Source of the DNA: Macrostomum lignano
Taxonomy: Eukaryota
NCBI GenBank assembly: GCA_002269645.1
Contig: NIVC01000952.1
Coordinates: 551,220 to 615,219, forward strand
Length of the DNA stretch: 64,000 nucleotides
Direction: 5' to 3'
Shown here: positions 45,889-60,490 of the stretch, piece by piece
How the letters are laid out: the number at the start of each line of letters is the position of its first letter
Position numbering within the stretch: the first letter of the stretch is position 1
Made by a program: the position numbers and the translations under genes
Notes under the pieces: generated by a model
What the model saw: only the letters and a program-made list of their open reading frames with translations
Database searches by the model: none
Told to the model about the DNA's origin: nothing

Positions 45889-46730
45889 TGGCTCATATCC
45901 AATGCACTCTTGATGCACTCTGGTAGAGAGTGACTCATATCCAATGCACTCTTGATGCACTCTGGTAGAGATTGGCTCATATCCAATGCACTCTGGTAGA
46001 GAGTGGCTCATATCCAATGCACTCTTGCTGCACTCTGGTAGAGAGTGGCTCATATCCAATTCACTCTGGTAGAGAGTGGCTCATATCCAATGCACTCTGG
46101 TAGAGAGTGGCTCATATCCAATGCACTCTTGCTGCACTCTGGTAGAGATTGGCTCATATCCAATGCACTCTGGTAGAGAGTGGCTCATATCCAATGCACT
46201 CTGGTAGAGAGTGGCTCATATCCAATGCACTCTGGTAGAGAGTGGCTCATATCCAATGCACTCTGGTAGAGAGTGGCTCATATCCAATGCACTCTGGTAG
46301 AGAGTGGCTCATATCCAATGCACTCTGGTAGAGATTGGCTCATATCCAATGCACTCTGGTAGAGATTGGCTCATATCCAATGTGTGCGACTGTGACTGAG
46401 ACTGCGCACTCTATCATTTTATTTTTTACTCTAGCCTCAAGGTTAGCAGTCAAGCAAAGACTGTGTGTGTGCGTGTTTCTGTCTATGTCATAGAATGCTA
46501 TATATTTTGTATTTACTGTATTTTTTATGCTGAGAGCCAAGCCCGCAATTAAGCAATATAAGAGCCTGGAACAGAGGAATTCTAGACAAGCCTAACGCAC
46601 AGGCAGACTTGTTGCTACAATATGGAAGACCTTCTCTTTGCCTTCCGTTAGCTGAATCACAGTCCGCTTCATAGGCAGCACAATGCACTCTTGCTGCACT
46701 CTGGTAGAGAGCGGCTTACAAGCAATGCAC

Positions 46731-47891
46731 CAATGCCGTCTACAGTAGGGCGAGGTCGTCCGCGTAGCCGAGGAGGGACAGCCTCTTCTCTGAGTGTCGC
46801 CGACTGGTGCGCCTTTGCAGTAGGAAGCCGTCCTCTGCGGTCGGCAGGCCGGTCTTGAGCACCCAGTCCATTAGCAAAACAAAGGAAGGGCACTTCCTCT
46901 TTGTTTGCGCAGTGGCACCCTGCAGCACTTTAGAGGTTGTGCTGAACAGGTCCGACGGTCCGTCTGGCGTCGCTATCGCAGCGGTGGTGTCCTGGTACAG
47001 CGCCGTGATGGCGGGAGATCAGCTGCTGCGGTACGTTGTAGGCACGGAGCTCGTGAGGCAGCACACCGCGGGCCACCGAGTCGAAAGCCTTGAGGAAGTC
47101 AAAAAAGAAAAGATGACAACTAGGCTTGACTGGTGGAGCGGCGGAGGGCCAGGATCTGCGTCACTGTCCGACGACGATCAGGCTGAAACCCGTTCTGCTC
47201 GTACCGCAGGTACGGGTCCAGCACAGGCTGTAACCATGCTAACAGCACCCGGTTGAACAGCTTCGCAGCGCAGGACACAAGCGAGATCCCGCGATGCTTC
47301 TCCATCCGTGTGGCTCCCGGCTTCTTTGGGATGCCGACGATGTTGGCATGGGTCCACTCGTGGGGCGCGGCACCTTCCGCTAGGACGCCGTTCATCACGC
47401 GGGCCACCTCCATGGCAACCCTTGTGACTCTCAGCGTCTTGACGGGGACTTCGTCCGGACCGGGGTTGCGGCCTTCCGGTGCCTTGCGAACGAACTCCGC
47501 GTCAGTGCTGGTCACCGGACTGGTGTCTTGATCTTGCAGGGCGCGGAAATATCTTCTGGGGCGTTTTGTCCGCCTGTACAGCGGGTCGGAAAGCCGCAGG
47601 TCGCAGTAGAGCAGGCGGTGATCGGACCGGATGGCCAGGGGTTTCACGGTGTCGCAGTTCTTCAGCCGACTGCGTTCACGGTAGCGAACCAGCACGTGGT
47701 CGAGCTGCGCGAGGCGGGTCGTGGCGAAACGGCCTCGGGCGTTTCGCCTCCTTCGCGCTTGCAGCCGGCGAAGGTCGCCAGCCGGTAGGGCGGTTTACGG
47801 AAACGCGTACTGGCCGACAACAGGTCGAGCCTCGCCATCAGGTCCGTTAGCGCGGTGGTGTTGGCGTTCTGGCGTGGCGACTGGTAGAAAG
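46731..47891 (-). mobile_element. RTE-type LINE fragment, copy 2
   Basis: ORFs identical to copy 1 at +2003. Confidence 0.85.
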
Positions 47892-48733
47892 TGGCTCATA
47901 TCCAATGCACTCTTGATGCACTCTGGTAGAGAGTGACTCATATCCAATGCACTCTTGATGCACTCTGGTAGAGATTGGCTCATATCCAATGCACTCTGGT
48001 AGAGAGTGGCTCATATCCAATGCACTCTTGCTGCACTCTGGTAGAGAGTGGCTCATATCCAATTCACTCTGGTAGAGAGTGGCTCATATCCAATGCACTC
48101 TGGTAGAGAGTGGCTCATATCCAATGCACTCTTGCTGCACTCTGGTAGAGATTGGCTCATATCCAATGCACTCTGGTAGAGAGTGGCTCATATCCAATGC
48201 ACTCTGGTAGAGAGTGGCTCATATCCAATGCACTCTGGTAGAGAGTGGCTCATATCCAATGCACTCTGGTAGAGAGTGGCTCATATCCAATGCACTCTGG
48301 TAGAGAGTGGCTCATATCCAATGCACTCTGGTAGAGATTGGCTCATATCCAATGCACTCTGGTAGAGATTGGCTCATATCCAATGTGTGCGACTGTGACT
48401 GAGACTGCGCACTCTATCATTTTATTTTTTACTCTAGCCTCAAGGTTAGCAGTCAAGCAAAGACTGTGTGTGTGCGTGTTTCTGTCTATGTCATAGAATG
48501 CTATATATTTTGTATTTACTGTATTTTTTATGCTGAGAGCCAAGCCCGCAATTAAGCAATATAAGAGCCTGGAACAGAGGAATTCTAGACAAGCCTAACG
48601 CACAGGCAGACTTGTTGCTACAATATGGAAGACCTTCTCTTTGCCTTCCGTTAGCTGAATCACAGTCCGCTTCATAGGCAACACAATGCACTCTTGCTGC
48701 ACTCTGGTAGAGAGCGGCTTACAAGCAATGCAC

Positions 48734-49893
48734 CAATGCCGTCTACAGTAGGGCGAGGTCGTCCGCGTAGCCGAGGAGGGACAGCCTCTTCTCTGAGTGT
48801 CGCCGACTGGTGCGCCTTTGCAGTAGGAAGCCGTCCTCTGCGGTCGGCAGGCCGGTCTTGAGCACCCAGTCCATTAGCAAAACAAAGGAAGGGCACTTCC
48901 TCTTTGTTTGCGCAGTGGCACCCTGCAGCACTTTAGAGGTTGTGCTGAACAGGTCCGACGGTCCGTCTGGCGTCGCTATCGCAGCGGTGGTGTCCTGGTA
49001 CAGCGCCGTGATGGCGGGAGATCAGCTGCTGCGGTACGTTGTAGGCACGGAGCTCGTGAGGCAGCACACCGCGGGCCACCGAGTCGAAAGCCTTGAGGAA
49101 GTCAAAAAAGAAAAGATGACAACTAGGCTTGACTGGTGGAGCGGCGGAGGGCCAGGATCTGCGTCACTGTCCGACGACGATCAGGCTGAAACCCGTTCTG
49201 CTCGTACCGCAGGTACGGGTCCAGCACAGGCTGTAACCATGCTAACAGCACCCGGTTGAACAGCTTCGCAGCGCAGGACACAAGCGAGATCCCGCGATGC
49301 TTCTCCATCCGTGTGGCTCCCGGCTTCTTTGGGATGCCGACGATGTTGGCATGGGTCCACTCGTGGGGCGCGGCACCTTCCGCTAGGACGCCGTTCATCA
49401 CGCGGGCCACCTCCATGGCAACCCTTGTGACTCTCAGCGTCTTGACGGGGACTTCGTCCGGACCGGGGTTGCGGCCTTCCGGTGCCTTGCGAACGAACTC
49501 CGCGTCAGTGCTGGTCACCGGACTGGTGTCTTGATCTTGCAGGGCGCGGAAATATCTTCTGGGCGTTTTGTCCGCCTGTACAGCGGGTCGGAAAGCCGCA
49601 GGTCGCAGTAGAGCAGGCGGTGATCGGACCGGATGGCCAGGGGTTTCACGGTGTCGCAGTTCTTCAGCCGACTGCGTTCACGGTAGCGAACCAGCACGTG
49701 GTCGAGCTGCGCGAGGCGGGTCGTGGCGAAACGGCCTCGGGCGTTTCGCCTCCTTCGCGCTTGCAGCCGGCGAAGGTCGCCAGCCGGTAGGGCGGTTTAC
49801 GGAAACGCGTACTGGCCGACAACAGGTCGAGCCTCGCCATCAGGTCCGTTAGCGCGGTGGTGTTGGCGTTCTGGCGTGGCGACTGGTAGAAAG
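48734..49893 (-). mobile_element. RTE-type LINE fragment, copy 3
   Basis: As copy 1, with a 1-bp deletion near 49561 (ttctgggcg vs ttctggggcg). Confidence 0.85.
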
Positions 49894-50263
49894 TGGCTCA
49901 TATCCAATGCACTCTTGATGCACTCTGGTAGAGAGTGACTCATATTCAATGCACTCTTGCTGCACTCTGGTAGAGAGTGACTCATATCCAATGCACTCTT
50001 GATGCACTCTGGTAGAGAGTGACTCATATCCAATGCACTCTTGCTGCACTCTGGTAGAGAGTGACTCATATCCAATGCACTCTTGCTGCACTCTGGTAGA
50101 GAGTGACACATATCCAATGCACTCTGGTAGAGAGTGACTCATATCCAATGCACTCTTGCTGCACTCTGGTAGAGAGTGGCTCGTGTGCAATTGCACCCTT
50201 GGGTAGATTAACGAGCACCTTCGGGGTATGGCAGTCTTGCGATCCTTTCGTTGCATTCTTTGC

Positions 50264-50910
50264 TAACTGCACTGGACACCTCACAACTAACTGCACTGGA
50301 CACCTCACAGCTAACTACACTGGACACCTCACAGCTAACTGCACTGGACACCTCACAGCTAACTGCACTGGACACCTCACAGCTAACTGCACTGGACACC
50401 TCACAGCTAACTGCACTGGACACCTCACAGCTAACTGCACTGGACACCTCACAGCTAACTACACTGGACACCTCACAGCTAACTACACTGGACACCTCAC
50501 AGCTAACTGCACTGGACACCTCACAGCTAACTGCACTGGACACCTCACAGCTAACTACACTGGACACCTCACAGCTAACTGCACTGGACACCTCACAGCT
50601 AACTGCACTGGACACCTCACAGCTAACTGCACTGGACACCTCACAGCTAACTACACTGGACACCTCACAGCTAACTGCACTGGACACCTCACAGCTAACT
50701 ACACTGGACACCTCACAGCTAACTACACTGGACACCTCACAGCTAACTGCACTGGACACCTCACTGCTAACTACACTGGACACCTCACAGCTAACTACAA
50801 TGGACACCTCACAGCTAACTACACTGGACACCTCACTGCTAACTACACTGGACACCTCACAGCTAGCTACAATGGACACCTCACAGCTAACTGCACTGGA
50901 CACCTCACTG
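50264..50910. repeat. 24-bp minisatellite (about 27 copies)
   Basis: Unit ctaactgcactggacacctcacag. Confidence 0.95.
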
Positions 50911-51404
50911 GAAACCCAATCCATTTTGAGGCAACAGCTCATTTCACCCAGCGCCCCTACTTCAAAGTCCTTCAATTCAGTTTTCCATAATTAATATCTT
51001 GTTGAAAGTGAATTCGAGTTGAAGCGGTGCCCACGCAAATGTTTTTAGCTTTGATTAGGCCTCTTGAATTCGCCGATGAAGACAGAAGTCCCGTCCAGTC
51101 TTCAAATGGCATTCTTTAAAATCCTTGCTTTTTGAATCACAAAGAGATCACAAAGACTAGATAAATAATTTTGCAATGTTTTTCATCAGCGCCAATGCAC
51201 TTCTCTTTTTACATCAATGTCTGGATTGTTTCTGCCAGGATCAGAAGAAAATGTTTGCAAAAGGTTAAAAAATACTCAGAGCTTTCCGTTAGCTTGCGAA
51301 TCCACTCCTGCTCCCTCTAAACCATGAGCTGCCGTGAGGTCCCTTAAAATCAAGGGAAAGGTCAGATTGGACTATCGAAAATTGATAGATTTAGTTTCAG
51401 GGAA

Positions 51405-52213
51405 GGCTGTAGCACACTGGACTGTAGCACACTGGCTGTAGCACACTGCCTGTAGCGCATTGGCTGTAGCACACTGGCTGTAGCACACTGCCTGTAGCAC
51501 ATTGGCTGTAGCACACTGCTTGTAGCACACTGCCTGTAGCACATTGGCTGTAGCGCATTGGCTGTAGCACATTGGCTGTAGCACACTGGCTGTAGCACAC
51601 TGCCTGTAGCACACTGGCTGTAGCACACTGGCTGTAGCACACTGCCTGTAGCACATTGGCTGTAGCACACTGGCTGTAGCACACTGCCTGTAGCACACTG
51701 CCTGTAGCACAGTGGCTGTAGCACACTGCCTGTAGCAACTGGCTGTAGCACACTGTAGCTCGTATGTAGCACACTGGCTGTAGCACACTGCCTGTAGCAC
51801 ATTGGCTGTAGCACACTGGCTGTAGCACACTGCCTGTAGCACACTGCCTGTAGCACAGTGGCTGTAGCACACTACCTGTAGCACATTGGCTGTAGCACAC
51901 TGGCTGTAGCAACTGGCTGTAGCACACTGTATGTAGCACATTGCCTGTAGCACACTGGCTGTAGCACACTGCCTGTAGCAACTGGCTGTAGCACACTGTA
52001 TGTAGCACACTGGCTGTAGCACACTGCCTGTAGCACATTGGCTGTAGCACACTGCCTGTAGCACATTGGCTGTAGCACACTGCCTGTAGCACACTGCCTG
52101 TAGCACACTGTCTGTAGCACACTGGCTGTAGCACATTGCCTGTAGCACACTGGCTGTAGCACACTGGCTGTAGCACACTGCCTGTAGCACACTGCCTGTA
52201 GCACACTGTCTGT
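51405..52213. repeat. 14-bp minisatellite
   Basis: Unit gctgtagcacactg / cctgtagcacattg. Confidence 0.95.
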
Positions 52214-52799
52214 ACAAGATCTCCTGCTAGTCCTGCTACCACCTAGCGTAGTAAAAGCAATTCACAAAAAATGCATCAAAAGAAATCCTAGTGAAAAAAC
52301 AATCACTCTGAAGCATTGATATTTACTCGCATTTCTCCATCAACCATTTATTAAAGCAGCCTTATTGAGCATTAGGGGAGCTGGGCAAGTTTCTTATACA
52401 TTTAGGTTGGCACAGTTGAGAACTTGAGAACAGTTGGGCCTGCAGTTGTGCAGGTAAATCACATGTATCATGCTGAATGAAAGTGCAAGTGCAGCAAAAA
52501 AGACACCGGTTGCAGGCACATGTAAGGGAAATCCTGTAATTGCTTTTTGCATGACTGCCTCTGATGTGCTGCGAGTTACTCAAGACGTCAGGAAAATTCT
52601 TCTGGAAATGAGCAGCAGAAGAAGCTCTTAAATTGCAGGAAGAATTTTGTGCATGAATTGCTTGTTATTATTATACAGGCTGAGTTCTCGTCATTCAGTT
52701 ATTCGTTTCACCAATGCACAACTTCAGACAAAAGTTTTTGTACAGGGGTTGCTTTAGTAGACCTTGAATAAAGCCTTTTATTGTCTTAGTATAGATAAT

Positions 52800-54050
52800 T
52801 AGCTGCATCACCTGACTAATAGCTGCATCACCTGACTAATAGCTGTGCATTACCTGACTAATAGCTGCATCACCTGACTAATAGCTGCATCACCTGACTA
52901 ATAGCTGCATCACCTGACTAATAGCTGCATCACCTGACTAATAGCTGCATCACCTGACTAATAGCTGCATCACCTGACTAATAGCTGTGCATTACCTGAC
53001 TAATAGCTGCATCACCTGACTAATAGCTGTGCATTACCTGACTAATAGCTGTGCATTACCTGACTAATAGCTGCATCACCTGACTAATAGCTGCATCACC
53101 TGACTAATAGCTGCATCACCTGACTAATAGCTGCATCACCTGACTAATAGCTGTGCATTACCTGACTAATAGCTGCATCACCTCACTAATAGCTGCATCA
53201 CCTGACTAATAACTGTGCATTACCTGACTAATAGCTGCATCACCTGACTAATAGCTGCATCACCTCACTAATAGCTGCATCACCTGACTAATAGCTGTGC
53301 ATTACCTGACTAATAGCTGCATCACCTGACTAATAGCTGCATCACCTGACTAATAGCTGTGCATTACCTGACTAATAGCTGCATCACCTGACTAATAGCT
53401 GCATCACCTGACTAATAGCTGCATCACCTGACTAATAGCTGTGCATTACCTGACTAATAGCTGCATCACCTGACTAATAGCTGTGCATTACCTGACTAAT
53501 AGCTGCATTACCTGACTAATAGCTGCATCACCTGACTAATAGCTGTGCATTACCTGACTAACAGATGCATCACCTGACTTACAGCTGCATTACCTGACTA
53601 ATAGCTGCATCACCTGACTAATAGCTGCATCACCTGACTAATAGCTGTGCATTACCTGACTAATAGCTGCATTACCTGACTAATAGCTGCATCACCTGAC
53701 TAATAGCTGTGCATTACCTGACTAACAGATGCATCACCTGACTTACAGCTGCATTACCTGACTAATAGCTGCATCACCTGACTAATAGCTGCATCACCTG
53801 ACTTACAGATGCATCACCTGACTAATAGCTGCATCACCTGACTAATAGCTGCATCACCTGACTAACAGATGCATCACCTGACTAATAGCTGCATCACCTG
53901 ACTTACAGATGCATCACCTGACTAATAGCTGCATCACCTGACTAATAGCTGTGCATCACCTGACTAATAGCTGCATTACCTGACTTACAGCTGCATTACC
54001 TGACTTACAGCTGCATCACCTGACTAATAGCTGCATCACCTCACCTCACC
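52800..54050. repeat. 20/22-bp satellite
   Basis: Units gctgcatcacctgactaata / gctgtgcattacctgactaata. Confidence 0.95.
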
Positions 54051-54562
54051 TGACATCAGATGCTGCTCATTTCAACTGACTCAGCAGTGATCAAAAAGTC
54101 CAGAGCAATCTGATCTCAGGTTACAAAAAATTGCTAAATATTCAATTGAAAAAGCTGCTGCCTCTTCGTAACTGAGAGCGGTTTTTTGGCAACGGGATGC
54201 GGCTCTCCTTACTTAGAAACAGCGACACTGAGCTGCCCAATTATGCCCCGTCATGATGCCGAAGAGAAAACAATGCACTGGCTAAATTAGACAAATCACT
54301 GTCTTACCTGGTTTGTACCTGTTTACCCTTTTGTATCATTGTCAAAACTCTTTAATCCAATATGAGTCCGCGTCTGTCATCTGCGAATTCGGAAATAGAC
54401 TTTGGCTCGAACTGCGATGAGCTGCGTGTAATTATGACGGGCAGTGCAGCGTGCTGCAGTCCCCCTACTTTTGCTTGTCTTTTTATCAGATCCGCTTCAG
54501 GGCCCTGAATTGCTTTCACTACTCAGTAGCACTTTCTGCTTCCAGCCTCACCTCTGCTTACA

Positions 54563-54880
<318 letters not shown>

Positions 54881-55349
54881 AGATGCAATTACTATTCTTT
54901 CTTTCAGCCCACAGTAAAGCAGAGTTCTCCCTTATTGAATTCGTTTTTGTCACAACCTTCGTTTGACACTGGCTGTGCATTGAACAGCGCAGACTGGCAG
55001 TGAGCAGTGAGCCGGAATCCGTGGATACACAGCAAACTTTTTGCTCCCCTTGTGCTCTCAGCCCTGGGCGGTCTAATTGCCAGGCCTCTCATTGACTTCG
55101 AGAGCGACTTCTGCTTGGCTAATCCGTCAGTCCACTCTTTTGATTTCGCCGCAAAGCTTTTCCAGCTGCGGCGAGAGGGGGCTTAGCAGAACCTTGCAAT
55201 CAGCCCGACTGCACTGAGCTGAGTTGCTGTGGGAAACATCTGTATGGTGGGCGCGTAACAGTCGTAATGAAAACGCCAGAATAAATCACTAACACGAGCG
55301 TAATTGCTTTTTTCCGTATCCAGCCCGGGTTTTCATTTGATAAAGTTAC

Positions 55350-57195
55350 ATCTCATTTGAGGGAGTGACATCTCATTTGATGGAGTGACATCTTATTTGA
55401 GGGAGTGACATTTCATTTGATGGAGTGACATCTTATTTGAGGGAGTGACATTTCATTTGAGGGAGTGACATTTCATTTGAGGGAGTGACACTTCATTTGA
55501 GGGAGTGACAATACATTTGAGGGAGTGACATCTCATTTGAGGGAGTGATATTTCATTTGAGGGAGTGACAATACATTTGAGGGAGTGACAATCCATTTGA
55601 GGGAGTGACAATACATTTGAGGGAGTGACATCTCATTTGAGGGAGTGACATCTCATTTGAGGGAGTGACATTTCATTTGAGGGAGTGACACTTCATTTGA
55701 GGGAGTGACATCTCATTTAAGTGAGTTATATTTCATTTGAGGGAGTGACATCTCATTTTAGGGAGTGACAATACATTTGAGGGAGTGACAATACATTTGA
55801 GAGAGTGACAATGCATTTGAGGGAGTGACATCTCATTTGAGGCCTCGAGGGAGTGGCATTTCATTTGAGGGAGTGACAATACATTTGAGGGAGTGACAAT
55901 ACATTTGAGGGAGTGACAATACATTTGAGGGAGTGACAATACATTTGAGGGAGTGACAATACATTTGAGGGAGTGACAATACATTTGAGGGAGTGACAAT
56001 ACATTTGAGGGAGTGTCATCTCATTTGAGGGAGTGACATTTCATTTGAGGGAGTGACACTTCATTTGAGGGAGTGACATCTCATTTAAGTGAGTTATATT
56101 TCATTTGAGGGAGTGATATTTCATTTGAGGGAGTGACAATACATTTGAGGGAGTGACAATCCATTTGAGGGAGTGACAATACATTTGAGGGAGTGACATC
56201 TCATTTGAGGGAGTGACATCTCATTTGAGGGAGTGACATTTCATTTGAGGGAGTGACACTTCATTTGAGGGAGTGACATCTCATTTAAGTGAGTTATATT
56301 TCATTTGAGGGAGTGACATCTCATTTTAGGGAGTGACAATACATTTGAGGGAGTGACAATACATTTGAGAGAGTGACAATGCATTTGAGGGAGTGACATC
56401 TCATTTGAGGCCTCGAGGGAGTGGCATTTCATTTGAGGGAGTGACAATACATTTGAGGGAGTGACAATACATTTGAGGGAGTGACAATACATTTGAGAGA
56501 GTGACAATACATTTGAGGGAGTGACAATACATTTGAGGGAGTGACAATACATTTGAGGGAGTGACAATACATTTGAGGGAGTGACAATACATTTGAGGGA
56601 GTGACAATACATTTGAGGGAGTGTCATCTCATTTGAGGGAGTGACATTTCATTTGAGGGAGTGACACTTCATTTGAGGGAGTGACATCTCATTTAAGTGA
56701 GTTATATTTCATTTGAGGGAGTGATATTTCATTTGAGGGAGTGACAATACATTTGAGGGAGTGACAATCCATTTGAGGGAGTGACAATACATTTGAGGGA
56801 GTGACATCTCATTTGAGGGAGTGACATCTCATTTGAGGGAGTGACATTTCATTTGAGGGAGTGACACTTCATTTGAGGGAGTGACATCTCATTTAAGTGA
56901 GTTATATTTCATTTGAGGGAGTGACATCTCATTTTAGGGAGTGACAATACATTTGAGGGAGTGACAATACATTTGAGAGAGTGACAATGCATTTGAGGGA
57001 GTGACATCTCATTTGAGGCCTCGAGGGAGTGGCATTTCATTTGAGGGAGTGACAATACATTTGAGGGAGTGACAATACATTTGAGGGAGTGACAATACAT
57101 TTGAGGGAGTGACAATACATTTGAGGGAGTGACAATACATTTGAGGGAGTGACAATACATTTGAGGGAGTGACAATACATTTGAGGGAGTGACAT
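55350..57195. repeat. 20-bp satellite with 568/608-bp higher-order repeats
   Basis: Unit gagggagtgacaatacattt. Marker gaggcctcgagggagtggc at about 55839, 56407 and 57015. Confidence 0.95.
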
Positions 57196-57634
57196 CTCCG
57201 CTCCTTCACAAACCTTGACCAACCCATCAGCAGTTTTAGGGAGCATCCGTGTCCCCCGCGAGAGTGCTTGCTCGGAGAGGTGGACAAACTTAGAGAGGCT
57301 GTCCGGGCAGCGGAGAAATCCAAAGCAAACAAAGACAGCATGCTAATCCGCAACGAGGATTTGGCCTCTGAGTTTTTTAACTTTAAAGCTTCAGAGTGCA
57401 GCTCAAATTTCCTAAGCCTGCACTTTTGGATGGAGTGCTTCGTATGAGGCTGACAGTAAATTGAATATTTCGGACGTTGTCTAAAATGAGTTTGCTAAGC
57501 TTTTTTGTTCAGCCAGCACGTTTTACTGGCAAACTACAGCCGGCGCTCAGATATGCGGATACCATTCGAAATGCACCGCCTCTTTCTCGAGAATTTGCTT
57601 AAAAATCTCGGGTATCAGTCATCTGGGATCTGGT

Positions 57635-57905
57635 AGCTGTTCGCTGGTAGCTGTTAGCTGGTAGCTGGTAGCTGGTAGAGGGTAGCTGGTAGCTAGTAGC
57701 TGGTAGAGGGTTAGCTGGTAGCTGGTAGCTGGTAGCTAGTAGCTGTTCGCTGGTAGCTGGTAGCTAGTAGAGGGTAGCTAGTAGAGGGTAGCTGGTAGCT
57801 GGTAGCTGGTAGCTGGTAGCTGGTAGCTGGTAGCTGGTAGCTGGTAGCTGGTAGCTGGTAGCTGGTAGCTGGTAGCTGGTAGCTGGTAGCTGGTAGCTGG
57901 TAGCT
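57635..57905. repeat. (AGCTGGT)n heptamer repeat
   Basis: Direct reading. Confidence 0.93.
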
Positions 57906-58622
57906 GTATTCCTGTTTCTAGGGTAATCCAGAGTCGTCATACTAGCCTCCATCCCATGAGATCCCTACTGATTACTATCTTCCCATTAGAATTGTCTCTG
58001 CCTTAACGTCTTGCAGGTTTATTGAAAATTAAAGTTTTTGATAATTTTTTATTGAAACGTAAAATACGACTCGTCTTACCAGAAGAATTTCAGTATTTAA
58101 TTTGGTATCGCCGCATGAAAGCAGAGAAAGCAATCACAACGATAAAAAGTGCAAAGGTTTGTGGAATGTACTTTTCAAGATTATTGCCACACTGAGAAGA
58201 TGCTCACGCGCCAATTGTATAAATGTGGATACAGGCCGCAGTTCACACAGCTGAGAACCAGTGGATTAAGCTGACTTGTCGCACTGGTGGACCAGGCTGG
58301 CAGTCACGCCAAGCAAACATCCGTACCTGGCCAGCAGGTGCCAGGCTGACAGCGCCAAGAACTGCAGTGGGTGAGAGCTACGGGGAATGAAAGCCACGTG
58401 ACGTAAAGAAGCAGGGATGACGCCAGGCAAGCACACTGACTATTGATAAAACATAAATTAATAATTTTCCGCCATAGTCATTAAGCTCAGAACGCGAATT
58501 CTACAACAAAAGAGGAAATTATAAGCTGGACAAAAACTCAGTTTTTCAGTTCCGAGTTGACTGAACCGAAACAATCCCAGGTCAAGCTTTGATCTGCGAA
58601 ACCTCTTTGCCACGCTGCCTGA

Positions 58623-60490
58623 CTAACGCGGGTCCTTGAAGCGCGGCCGAAATCCGCACTGCCGCAGGGCCAACTGCTGCTGTCCAGTGGAGTTGCTCCA
58701 GCCGCAGTAGCCGTTGTCGCTTCTTCCACCGCTGTTGCCGCCGCCGCCGCGCCGGAGCCGGCAGTTGCATCGGCAGCGACACGAGCAGCCCGTGAAGACA
58801 GCGTTCGTCTGCCGGCGCACGGTGGCGTGGGAGGCGTACATGAGCCCGGGGTTCACCACACAGTTGGACAGGGCCAGCCAGTGGCAGAACAGCTCCGCGC
58901 GCACCCAGCTGGAGTCGCCGGCCAGCAGGAAGACGTGCAGCGGCAGCCACAGGGCAACGAAGGCTGCCACCAGCAGAGCCGAGTACAGGAACACGCGGCG
59001 ACGGTAGGCCAGCTGACTGCGCACCCGCAGGCGTCTCATCTCGACCGTGAACTGCATCCGGTTGGCAGTCAGGATGACGCGGCACACCCGGAAGTAGGCG
59101 CCGACGATGGCGCAGCAGGGGACCAGGTACAGCAGGGCGAGCAGCGTAGCCGTGTAGGCCGTCTCCACCCGGCTGCCCAGCAGCTCCTTGGCCAGAGTCC
59201 AGTTCTCGCAGCAGATCTCCGGGTCGTGGCTCGAATTGGTTGACGCTCGCGACTGAGAATTTGAGGCAGAGAAAGAAAAGATGCAGGAGCTGGGGGCTGG
59301 CAGTCAGTATGAATGCCAATGTACTTCTAGTGGAGAACTGGCTGTGGAGAATTGCCGCAGGCTCTGGTTTTGTAAGCCCGCGTCTCTGATTCCCAAATTA
59401 GTGAGGCCTTCTCCACCCACTCCTCAGACTTACTGCAGTGGATACAAGCAGGAAAATCAGTGCCAGAAGCAATCAGCAATTGATAACCAAAGTCTCAAGA
59501 TAGCGGCCCCTAGTAGAGCAGGCTTCACTCTTTACTGAATCAATGCCTTTGACTTTTGGATTATTGGCTGCAGAAATGGTTGCCTACTATCTGGAAGTAA
59601 AAGCCTCACTAATTTTAAACTTCTGCTTTTTTTCGACTACATGTACGTATAAAAAACTTTTGCTACAGTCAGAGAAGACACGGTGTGACGCCAGTGCTTC
59701 ACACTTCAACAAGCCTTAAAAAGAGATTATCGAAGTTTGAAAAAATACTTGAGATTATGCGCTCATCATCGGGACATCGGTGAGTTCAAGTGACAGCAGG
59801 GAGCCGCAGGGACTCACCTTTCCGGCCGGCAGGGTCACCTGGCTCACCAGGCAGCTGGGCACTCCGAGCAGCAGGGAGGCGGCCCACACGCCGGCCAGGA
59901 TGACGGCGTCACGCCGGGAGGTGGCAGGGCGGCGGTGTCTGTCCGCCCATCTGGCGACGCGCACAGCAGAGGCGCGGTGCAGGCAGACGCTCGTCAGGGT
60001 GAAGACGGACGCGGCGATCAGCGCCACGGAGCCGAGGTTGCGCAGCCGGCAGCCGGCGAGGCCAGCCGCCAGGAGAAGCCGAGCAGGGAGGCCCCGGTGG
60101 CAGGCACCACCAGCAGGCCGGTGAGGAGGTCGCAGGCGATGAGGTTGCTCAGCAGCAGCCGGTGCGGCAGGTCACGCAGGCGGTGCAAAGCGGCAAGGAG
60201 GCCGCCGTTCAGGGCGACGGCGCCGGCGAAGATCAGGGCGAACAGGGTGAGCATCACTGCGACGAAGGCGCCGCTGCGCCAGTAAGTCGGCGGGCCGACG
60301 GTGCGGTTTCCCTCGACGGCTTCAAGGATGAGGTCGTCAGCTAGGCCGAGCTGTGGGTCGCTGAGCAGCTCGTGCAGCAGGCCGGAGGTCAGGTTGGCGG
60401 ACCGGAAGCGCGCGGCCAGCAGCGAGGCCGTGCCGTTGCGGCCGTAGCGGGACACCAGGCGACGCAGCAGCAGCTTGAGCGAGTCGAGAC
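58623..60490 (-). CDS. class A (rhodopsin-like, peptide-receptor-like) GPCR with a 1-bp frameshift; 5' exon not found
   Basis: Exons 60490-59818 and 59252-58623 (GT-AG). Seven hydrophobic segments: LLSNLIACDLL, W.LG..C after adding one G near 60062, HRA at the DRY position, VWAASLLLGVP, ICCENW, YLVPCCAIVGAY, ALWLPLH and NCVVNPGLMY. Confidence 0.75.

Larger units (their letters stand above)
43460..50175. repeat. macrosatellite: 2,003-bp units of RTE-LINE fragment plus 31-bp satellite (three LINE copies)
   Basis: ORF track recurs at a period of 2,003 (44337/46340/48343). 31-bp monomer ctctggtagagagtggctcatatccaatgca in arrays at about 43460-44378, 45888-46381, 47891-48384 and 49890-50175. Confidence 0.93.

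Noticed and set aside
51340-52235. Plus-strand Helitron around the 14-bp array (ends gCTAG|tcctg)
   Set aside because: No subterminal hairpin and no A|TC 5' end.
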